Assembly: GCF_001194135.2 (NCBI RefSeq)
Contig: NC_068985.1
Coordinates: 105,951,234-106,012,334 of the forward strand
Direction: 5' to 3'
DNA: 61,101 nucleotides
Source: Octopus bimaculoides
Taxonomy: Eukaryota
The notes under the pieces are model-generated. The model worked only from the letters and a program-made list of their open reading frames with translations. It had not been told where the DNA came from and searched no databases. The position numbers and the translations under genes were made by a program. Each line of letters opens with the position of its first letter. Position 1 is the stretch's first letter. Of this stretch, positions 12,108 through 20,953 are shown piece after piece.

Positions 12108-15100
12108 AACATCTACTTTTCGATGCTTGCATGGGCCAAATGAGACTGTTAAGGTAGAATATTCATGGCTTGAGTCCTTCTCGATGCCAACCATTAGCCA
12201 TTTCCAAGCAAAGTAATAATCCCTCAATCTATCAACAAACAAACTCAGACATGTTTTTGGCAGGAACAAACATGGCACCGTTTATATAAAGTGAAGCTTT
12301 TGTTTATAACCAGTGCATAAATGTAAAAACAATGGGAAATAGGCACTCAGTAATGCACACTTGTGTGCGTATATATATATTATATATATTTATGAATATG
12401 CACACACATAGCCATGTTTATAACTGATCTGGGATAACACACTATGCTCAACTGTGAACCATGTTACACTGATCACAGACTGATTTGTGATAATACAGAT
12501 CAATAATCAATTGAAGATTCTGCTCGTATCATAAAAACATGTCCCAGTGATAACCCATGATATTCAGCTACCCAATGTTCACTGATTATTGCTTGTCTTT
12601 ACATGAATGTGTTACAAGGTTACTTATTTTTTTACATGGTTTTATGTAGCTGTACCCTTCGACATTGGACAGGTGGAAAGAAAAATACAAAGATACCTGA
12701 TCCTAACAAATGAAGTAGAAGAGTGTATTCTATTCACAAGAAATTGGAGAGGATCAAGAAAATATGACAGTGAAAAGCTTCACTGCTGAGGGCTGCAAGT
12801 TTGGTGTCAATGGACCTAACATTTATTCCAACATGGAGATGATTTATTTATCACTGTGCTAATTAGAACCAAACCACAGTGATAAACAAGTATAGGTGTG
12901 TGTGTGTTTGTGTACACACAAATATATGCATAATTTCAATGTCCCTTTTTCATGCTTATATACATTAGATGGAATTCCATCAAACGAATTTCTATGGCTG
13001 GAGAACTTCACAAAAAACTAGAAATGTAGACAACCACCTGTATGGTGGTAACACTCACTTTTAATCACAGAACCCTGTTCGCACTAATATTTATGGTTTT
13101 GTCCATTATTAACAACATTTTTCTTGAGTAGGTTTTCCCTTAAATATAATGTAATTAACAATCATACATGCGCAACATTATTTCTAGTACCAAGTGACAA
13201 CTTACATTAAAGAGTGTATTTCATTAGTAATCAACTAATCACTAATTAATGACATGAAATTTAGAGACTTAGGCAAGTTGGATCCTGTCTAACCATCCAG
13301 CTTACGCCAGCATGGAAGTGGACATAAAAACAATAACGACGACATCAAAACCATCTTTCATACACAACCATTCCACATCTGGTATAACATTGAATTAGTC
13401 AAATATAAAAATTCAGTCAGAGATCAATGAAGCTTGCTGTTTTCAGAAGATAGTCACAGTTCAGTGCTTAATTCATTGTAATTGACTGATCAGTAGTATA
13501 TTGAAATATTTATGTTCCCGATATTGGTATCTGACATATTGGAACACGTCAGATTATCAAAATAAAATAGCTGTAGTAACAAATATTTAAAAACTTGTCA
13601 AAAATCAGTGAAGCACACTAGAATCAGACAATTTGTCATAGCCCAGTGCTTAAATCATCATATTGGACAAGTAATAGCTAAATATATTTTTACAATACAA
13701 TAACTGAGAGTGTATTTCGTTAGTAATCAACTAATCAATAATTACTGACATGAAATTTACAGACTCAGGCAAGTTGGATCCTGTCTAACCATCCAGTTTA
13801 TGCCAGCACGGAAGTGGACATAAAAAAAATGACGATGACATCAAAACCATCTGTACTTCACAACACAACACAGAGACTACCATTCCACATCTGGTGTAAC
13901 ATTGAATTAGTCAAATATAAAAATTCAGTCAGAAATTAATGAACCTTGCTGTTTTCAGAAGATAGTCACAGTTCAGTGCTTAATTCATTGTAATTGACTG
14001 ATCAGTAGTATATTGAAATATTTATGTTCCCGATATTGGTAGTGATTAATCCTTACTGCTGTGAAACCTAATCCCCACAGAATGAGGACATAATACACTT
14101 AGCTACAATGTACAATGGTATTCATGACCTCACATTGGTCTCTGAAGTGGCAAATGAAGACATAGCTGCAGGTCACCAATGTAGTCCATGAATTAATCTG
14201 AGGTTAACATCTCAAGTGATACAATACTGACTTAATTGATTGATTGATTGGAAAGAATGAGCAGAAAAATTTAGATCCCCAAGCAATTTATAAATTCATT
14301 GGTTGAACACATGTCAGATTATCAAAATAAAATAGCTGTAGTAACAAATATTAAAAAACTTGTCAAACATCAGTGAAGCACGCTAGAATCAGGCAATTAG
14401 TCATAGCCCAGTGCTTAAAATCATCATATTGGACAAGTAATGGCTAAATATATTTTTACAATAATAACTGTATGTATATATATATATATATATAATTTTA
14501 ACATCTACTTTCCGATGCTTGCATGGGCCTAATGAGACTGTTAAGGTAGAATATTCATGGCTTGAGTCCTTCTCGATGCCAACCATTAGCCATTTCCAAG
14601 CAAGGTAATAATTCCTCAATCTATCAACTAACAAACTCAGACATGCTTTTGGGAGGAACAACAAAACCATCTTTACTTCACAACACAACACAAAGACAAC
14701 CATTCCACATCTGGTGTTACATTGAATTAGTCAAATATAAAAATTCAGTCAGAAATTAATGAACCTTGCTCTCACAGTTGAGTTAATTTTAATTGACTGG
14801 TTATCATATTTCCATAACTATTTAAACACAAACCACAGTGTAAACCTACTCAGTACATACTGACTGTCAACTGACCCTTTCTGCTGACTTATGGAACCTT
14901 TAAGATCAGGATAAAGAAACTGAAAACAACCACCAAGATCAATGTGTCACTGACTATTGAACTTGTAAAATACACTTGCATCTTACTTATTGTATCAAAT
15001 GCGAAAACATACCTGTTTCTAACACATTTGTGACACCTAGAACCTCCATATGCTCGGGATACCTTCTTGTGTCGTCGGGACATAGACATCCATTTAATGG

Positions 15101-18100
15101 GTCTGGCTGGAGTGATCTGAATTGAACAAATGAAACAAAAATCACCACAAATTTTTAGACATTAAAACATGCTCGTAAGTCCTGCCTTATAAAATTTTAA
15201 ATTGCTGGGTACAGCTATGTGTAGTTAAGAAGCTCGCTTTGCAACCATATGGCTTCGGGTTCGTCCGTCCCCAACCACTTAACCTGTTGACGGTTTGTTT
15301 ATGCCCCTTAACTTAGCAGTTCAGTAAAAGACCAATAAAATAGTACAAGACTTGGTATACAATTTTAACAGCCAGTGTTTCTGTGGCTGACATTTTCAAA
15401 AATGCTACTGACTGGATTTTGACAAAGATTTTATCCTTTTAGTCAGCATATTTCCATTGAAACACACTACATTTGTTTGAATTAAACTGGCCATATCCAA
15501 CCCAAACTAACTAGACCTAACCTCTCACACCTATTCTACAATGTCATTCTAAAAATAACAATCACATCATCAAAATCTTGAAGCTACAAGATAATGTATG
15601 ATTAATTCAAAACAAGGTGAATAAATTTAGCACTACATTTAACTGAGTAATAAGGAATGCTAAAGGATTAATTATGAAAATAACGAAGAGTTTGAATAAC
15701 TCATTAAGTGGATGTTTGGAATACAACTGTGTCAAAAGCAGTAAAAATGAGAAAGAAGAAATAGAAATTGAGATGAACCTCTTGTAGGCCTTTTTGACAC
15801 AAATTGAATAGAAGACAGATTTTTTGAAGAAATACTCTTCCCAATAAACCTATAAAAAATTTCTGAAATGCCCCAAAATATGTCAGATGTTTCAAGCATT
15901 ATAGTTGGTGTGGTACAAATGAAGATATTTTATCTTTTACTAGTCTCCAGCCATGTTGGGCAATGCTTTGAAGACATTTTAGTCAAATGAATCAACGCTG
16001 GGTTTTTTAAAGCCTTATTCTATCAGTCTCTTTTGCTGAACTTCTAAGTTACAGTGACGTAAACACATCAACACCAGTTGTCAAGCAGTGGTAAGACACA
16101 CACACACATATATCAATATATAACTGACTCCCATGCCAGTGGCACATAAAAAGCACCATTCAAGCATGGTTGATGCCGGTACCGCCTGACTGGCCCTCGT
16201 GCCGGTGGCATGTAAAAAGCACCTACTACACTCTTGGAGTGGTTGGCGTTAGGAAGGGCTTCCAGCTGTAGAAACCTTTTCAGATCAGACCACAGCCTTC
16301 TGGCTTGCCGGTCCTCAGTCAAACCGTCCAACCCATGCCAGCATGGAAAGCAGATATTAAACGATGATGATGATGATGAGCTTCTTTCATTTTGTCTACC
16401 AAATCCATTTACAAGGATTTGGTCAGCTTGCAGCTGTAGTAGAAAACACTTGTCCCATGTGTTATGCAGTGGGACTGAAACTGGACCATGTAGTTAGGAG
16501 TCCAGTATCAATCAAAAAATTTCCAGGACTATACATAATGTCACTTACAAGAATTTTTTAGATGTACTGCAGGATACTTTTAAAGATGCTTATAACATAC
16601 ATAGGAGTTCCAAAGTGATTAAGCTATAAAGAATGTTCAAAATTTAAACTATATTCCAATAAAACTACCTTAATTACATGATAGGGACAGTAGTAGTTAG
16701 TATCTAATTTACACAAGTCTTCTGCAAATGGTCAAGAAACAATCATCTAATGAAGTAGGCAACCTGAACTGTTTTGTATTAGTTTTCAATCTTATGGGAA
16801 AATGAAAGAGGCATTGTGTACAAACACTTTATCAGGAAAAATACGCGTCAACTTACTCCTCTCAAAGGTTCCTTGCAATCACCACATCGAGGTATGGTAC
16901 CAAGTTTTTTTACATAAAGATATACAAGTTTACCACCTGAAAAAAAAAAAAAAAGAAAGAAAAATATTATAAACAAGATATATAAACAATATAACCAAGA
17001 TGCTCACATACCAAATGCTGGAATGGTGAATAAATATTTCTACTGACAAAAATGTCTCTGAGTGGTTGACGTTAGGAAGGGCATCCAGCTGTAGAAACTC
17101 TGCCAAATTTAGATTGGAGCCTGGTGTTGCCATCCGGTTTCACCAGTCCTCAGTCAAGTCGTCCAACCCATGCTAGCATGGAAAGCGGACGTTAAACGAT
17201 GATGATGATGTAAACATTTTAGTAGGTGTGTCATCATCATTGTCTTATGTTCATATTCCATATTGGCATGGGTTGGACTATGGTATGTGTGTATCCTTCT
17301 GGATTATTCACCTCCATATTTTAAATATTGAAACTAGAACACAAGTAGCAATACTGAATTTGGTCATTTGTGAATCAAGGTCTCATCCTAATTGTAAATG
17401 TGGTGTTCCTTGAAGACAACCAAAACAGAACATTGGGTATAAGTGTAATAAAGTCAGTAGGGTATGATTCAAGGGAAACTTGGTTGCTATTTCTAGCTGC
17501 TCAAACATCCAAAAAGAGTTCTCATTGACTTGGTCTTGCTGATTATTTTCCTAAATCAAAACCTTGCCATATAAAGAAGCTTTAATACTTTGAAAGACCA
17601 TCTGCACTAGTAGTCAGATTTTTTTCTTTCTCTAACAGGTTCCAAAATCTCTAATAGACTATCAGCTCTTTCACTACAAACTAATATTTGATACAAAACA
17701 AATAACACACTTACCAGGGGTCTTGGAGCTGTTTTTGTTCACCATCACAGAAAATAAATGAAAATAAGTATTAATTTACAGCCATTTCACAAATATGAAC
17801 ATTTAACAAAATTATCTTTCAGTTGAGTTTGTTTAAAATGCAACACCAGAGATACCACCAACCCAACTCTACTCTTTTCTATGAGGCTATCATATAACCT
17901 GATATAAGTTTGTGTGGTAAAGAGGTTCACTATGCAACTGCACGGTTTTGGGTTCAGTCCCACAGTGTGGCAACTTGAACAAGTTTAAAACTCTTTAACT
18001 GCAGCATCATACTGACCAATACCTTGTAAGTGAATTTGGTAACCAGAAACTGCATTACACCCAACATGTACATTCTATGCTTAAAAAGAAAAAGGCTGAG

Positions 18101-19114
18101 TTACAAATAATGCTGACATTTCTATGAACAAATTGTCTAGTATTTGAGCTTTTAAAGACAAGTGCAATAAAGACTCCCCTACTTGGAAAACAGCTTAAGA
18201 GTTGGCATTTGGCTGCAAAATCATGCCTGAAATAATTTGCATTCGTCTAGCATGGAAAATGTACAAAAGCAATATACAACTATATGTTTGTGTGTGTGTA
18301 TTTATACACACATGCGGTACAAATACAGTGGAAAAGATGTGCAGATGTTAGATAAATTAACACTTAAAGCATGACGGGCCATCAGGCACAGGTCGACAGG
18401 CCACGACCGTGGCGCAGATGGATGCATTTAATTTATGCATTTGTTGGGGTCTAATGTCACTCAAACGCTCCAATACCCCCCAGAATGCAAGAGGACTAAT
18501 AGTTCAACTAATGACTTCTCAGATGTAAAACTTGCCACTATTATATACTAAGAAGGTATTTTAACTATTTTTTTGTTTTATTTATGGAAGTCTCATTTTC
18601 ATAAAATGTGCTCAGCAGTCCATGCTATGTAAGTGCAAATCCCAATGCTTTTTGGGTTAAAAGTCAATGAAGTTAACATGGTGTTATCTCTCTGTATGTT
18701 TTTCCTAACATAGATTACACTAATTAAATAATTTATGATTACAGAAAAAAAAAAGCATTAAATTAATGAAGTAAAATTACTGATGATTTAGCTTAACATT
18801 GTAATTTATCTTCCACATTTCCCTTATCACTCAAACAGACCAAAATGAACAAAGTTTATAATGTTTGGCTTATGACCAAAAAGTCATACATAGTAACCTC
18901 ACTTGTATATCATTTATGTTGTCTGACCAAGACAGGAAGGATATCAAATGTAAAATTTATTACACCAGTAAAATCTTTCATTTATGCTGACATGATAGAC
19001 ACAAAGCAAAAAAATGCTGAGATTTGTAAGAGACATTTAAAATACTTACACCTTCCTTCGGTTAGACTTGGTATTATAAGACAGTCGACGTCTGAATGTA
19101 AGTCTTTGAGTCAT
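7577..19114 (-). CDS. RPL34: 60S ribosomal protein L34 (eL34), 113 aa, 5 coding exons
   Basis: Exons 19114-19050, 17728-17715, 16936-16857, 15116-15013, 7655-7577 (65+14+80+104+79=342 nt), all GT-AG and frame-consistent: [113 protein letters not shown]. Hallmark eL34 motifs are present ([32 protein letters not shown]) with zinc-binding cysteines. AATAAA at 7560-7555. Confidence 0.98.
8028..8100 (-). pseudogene. Old, highly degenerate snoRNA paralogue
   Basis: Minus strand CTGATAAAACACTGGGTT...GATTCAGATGTGCTTTT aligns loosely with ATGATGA..AAGCACTGGGCT...GATTCTAG.GTGCTTCA. Confidence 0.4.
8773..8845 (-). ncRNA. SNORD88: Box C/D snoRNA, SNORD88/snR76-like, copy 1 (RPL34 last intron)
   Basis: Minus strand: terminal stem GTCAA/TTGAC, C box ATGATGA, guide AAGCACTGGGCT, D' ATGA, second guide GTGTGCTTCA, D box CTGA. 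AGCACTGGGC is complementary to the conserved LSU rRNA sequence GCCCAGUGCU. Confidence 0.85.
9918..9991 (-). ncRNA. SNORD88: Box C/D snoRNA, SNORD88/snR76-like, copy 2
   Basis: TGGTCAAA/TTTGACCA stem, ATGATGA, AAGCACTGGGCT-ATGA, GTGCTTCA-CTGA. Confidence 0.85.
10566..10642 (-). ncRNA. SNORD88: Box C/D snoRNA, SNORD88/snR76-like, copy 3
   Basis: Terminal stem, ATGATGA, AAGCACTGGGCT-ATGA, GCGTGCTTCA-CTGA. Confidence 0.85.
10991..11203. mobile_element. piggyBac-type MITE (degenerate)
   Basis: CCCTTCAGCATT / AATGCTAAAGGG termini, flanked by ATAA and TTAA. Confidence 0.55.
11545..11594 (-). pseudogene. Truncated diverged snoRNA paralogue
   Basis: Retains ACAATGC-ATTAAGCACTGAATTGTGACTATCTT, the 5' half of the 13413-type copy. 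Confidence 0.55.
11952..12032 (-). ncRNA. SNORD88: Box C/D snoRNA, SNORD88/snR76-like, copy 4
   Basis: ACTTGTC/GACAAGT stem, ATGATGA, AAGCACTGGGCT-ATGA, GCGTGCTTCA-CTGA. Confidence 0.85.
13413..13489 (-). pseudogene. Diverged paralogue of the SNORD88-like snoRNA (degenerate boxes)
   Basis: TCAGTC...ACAATGA-attAAGCACTGAACT-GTGA...AGCAAGCTTCA-TTGA...GACTGA. Colinear with the intact copies, but C=ACAATGA, D=TTGA and the guide has GG>AA. Confidence 0.7.
13593..13672 (-). ncRNA. SNORD88: Box C/D snoRNA, SNORD88/snR76-like, copy 5
   Basis: ACTTGTC/GACAAGT stem, ATGATGA, AAGCACTGGGCT-ATGA, GTGTGCTTCA-CTGA. Confidence 0.85.
13925..14001 (-). pseudogene. Diverged paralogue of the SNORD88-like snoRNA (duplicate of 13413-13489)
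   Basis: Near-identical to 13413-13489; D box further decayed to TTAA. Confidence 0.7.
14358..14438 (-). ncRNA. SNORD88: Box C/D snoRNA, SNORD88/snR76-like, copy 6
   Basis: ACTTGTC/GACAAGT stem, ATGATGA, AAGCACTGGGCT-ATGA, GCGTGCTTCA-CTGA. Confidence 0.85.
14745..14799 (-). pseudogene. Internally deleted diverged snoRNA paralogue
   Basis: Both stem ends and AGCAAGGTTCA-TTAA match the 13925 copy; the middle is deleted. Confidence 0.5.
15013..15116 (-). CDS. RPL34: RPL34 coding exon 4 (ITPARP...[17 protein letters not shown])
   Basis: ttcaattcag acceptor, GTATGT donor, 104 nt. Confidence 0.97.
16125..16378 (+). mobile_element. Family 2 retroposon (RPL34 intron 3)
   Basis: Same core and (GAT)n tail. 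Confidence 0.8.
16857..16936 (-). CDS. RPL34: RPL34 coding exon 3 ([26 protein letters not shown])
   Basis: Poly-T+CAG acceptor, GTAAGT donor, 80 nt. Confidence 0.96.
17058..17210 (+). mobile_element. Family 2 retroposon, 3' part
   Basis: Near-identical to 43825-43978. Confidence 0.8.
17715..17728 (-). CDS. RPL34: RPL34 14-nt microexon (SKTPG)
   Basis: cag|CTCCAAGACCCCTG|gtaagt; supplies the conserved SKTPG and restores the frame between the 65-nt and 80-nt exons. Confidence 0.92.
19050..19114 (-). CDS. RPL34: RPL34 coding exon 1 ([22 protein letters not shown])
   Basis: The ATG directly follows a ctttctaattctag acceptor; GTAAGT donor; 65 nt. Confidence 0.96.
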
Positions 19115-19912
19115 CTAGAATTAGAAAGGGTCTGATTAAAGTTCTACCAAACAAGAGGATGTTGGAAAAATACATATGAACTTTAATCTGAACTAGTTTC
19201 AGAAATATAGAAAGTGAGATGAAATCTGAAGAAAACAATTAATTAAAATGCACTTACTGCACACAAATGGATTACAATTAGTTGCTGCTTATTGTTCATT
19301 CGATAAAATACCTTGACAAAACTATAAAAGTTTGTCACCTCCCCTGATTTTGTTTCCCCATAACTTTTTTAAAAATGCACATTTTGAAAATGGGATATCT
19401 CAAAAAATTATGCAAGAGCAAACGATAATCATTTATTAAGATCCTAAACGTTAAGGATCAGGTGGAGGTAATCAGAGTTAAACTTTTTTTTTAGAGTTAG
19501 AGGAAAATTTAGAAATTACTCTTCAGTCGGGATTTTATGTATACAAAATAAATTTGTTAGCTAGTAAAGAAGAATAATGTGTGGCGTGCAAGCAACCATT
19601 TTACCAATTTAACAGGGTAAATTTATGTGGTGAGGGTTACAGGGAAATATTTTGATCAATTTATGTAATCATACTTCTAATTGGTTCCCACTGAACAGAA
19701 GAAACAAAAATTATTCATCAATATATTGTTACACTAAAACCAGATAAATTAAACTGCTTTCTAGTAATTAAATTTTCTACTTCCGTCCAAATTATATCAG
19801 TGAGGATAACTTGGACGTTATTTCTTGCAGGTCGAACAATCCTGTAGAGGCCCCCTCGTTGGTTTTTAAATTAAAAATACACTCAGACACGTGGTATATT
19901 TGTAATACTCAC

Positions 19913-19930
19913 CGCCGGTGAGGAGAAACC
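19913..19930 (-). promoter_or_regulatory. RPL34: Probable non-coding first exon of RPL34 with a 5'-TOP/TCT-like pyrimidine start
   Basis: Minus strand reads TTTCTCCTCACCGGCG|GTGAGTA: a pyrimidine tract followed by a strong donor. A short non-coding TOP exon is typical of animal ribosomal protein genes. The exact TSS is inferred. Confidence 0.7.
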
Positions 19931-20859
19931 CAACAATGCCACCTTTCTAAGTTCAAATCCTGATGAGATTGTTGGGGTCTTTGGTGATTGGTTTTTTTTT
20001 TTTTTTTTTGGCGATCTTTTCGATACGACTCCGAAATATCCGCCTTTTCCGTAAAAAGTGTCTTCGGCGATCTTTACCAAAGATCGGCCTTTTCCGTAAC
20101 ACCCACACGATCTTCACTACGATGTTAGAGTTTTAGGGTTACGGTTAGGGACGGAATTCCCAAACCCTAACCCTAACCCCTTCACAAGAAATCGCGCTGG
20201 GTTGAAATATCTAAAGATAAGCACGGGTTTGAAACTTGTTTACTAAGCTACTTTGAAGTTTTCTGGCAAATATCTAAGAATTTTAGGGTCAAAATTAAAG
20301 ATAGCTTGAAACTATTTTTCTTTCAGAGTTTAGAACCTAAATTGACGATTGGACATCAAGGTATACACGTTTTATAAAGTCTTTATAGAGAACAGCGTGG
20401 TTCGAATGTGCATGTCTGTGGATATATGATCTATGATCAGTTATACTGAAGTTATTAGCATCTTTGTTTATACCTTATTTTAGCTTATAATATCTTATTT
20501 TAAATGAGATCAAATCTGTTAGAAACTAGTGAATATGAATCATGAAATAACTTTTAAAAAAGTAAATGTGTGAGTGCTTTTAGGATCGTTGGAGACATGC
20601 TTCGAAACACGAACAATCTATTGTATATTTATAACAAACAGGGAAAGACATCTATAAAAAAAATAGCCCCAAACATAATAGAACGAACGACAAATAAAAC
20701 AATATCATTTATAAGTTAGAAAAATGAAGAATTCTTACGATGTTAATGGATTAAAAAGCTGGCGATGTAGAAATCACTGCCTTCTCCTTAATGTCGCTGG
20801 TGAGAAAGAGGCTAAGCGGAAGTAGAAAGCGCCGTCTACTCGTTTTCACCTCGAACAAC

Positions 20860-20953
20860 ATGACTTCGTTGTTGGAGTCTTATCAACAGCAATATTCCAC
20901 ATTAACTGCTGATATAACTCATCTCATTGGAAAAATAACTCTATCACATGGAG
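20860..20953 (+). CDS. VTI1A: VTI1A exon 1
   Basis: aacaacATG start; G|GTAAAT donor. Confidence 0.92.

Larger units (their letters stand above)
11545..14800. repeat. Nested local tandem duplications within the RPL34 last intron
   Basis: About 11545-12270 is near-identical to about 13950-14650 (offset about 2.4 kb); about 13205-13530 matches about 13700-14040; the snoRNA-bearing block recurs at about 11910, 13547 and 14313. Confidence 0.9.

Noticed and set aside
8773-14438. Spaced direct repeats resembling a CRISPR array
   Set aside because: Eukaryotic intron, irregular kb-scale spacing, no cas genes; the repeats are explained as C/D snoRNAs.
12018-14703. Duplicated ORFs (..LMVGIEKDSSHEYSTLTVS..) at 12018-12278 and 14401-14703
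   Set aside because: They are translations of a duplicated retroposon fragment plus (TA)n, not protein-coding.
18369-18425. SECIS-like AUGA...GA hairpin on the + strand
   Set aside because: No apical AA motif, intronic and antisense to RPL34, no selenoprotein nearby.
19883-20080. 65-aa minus-strand ORF over the RPL34 promoter
   Set aside because: Non-ATG start, runs through a poly-T tract, overlaps promoter motifs and the non-coding exon.
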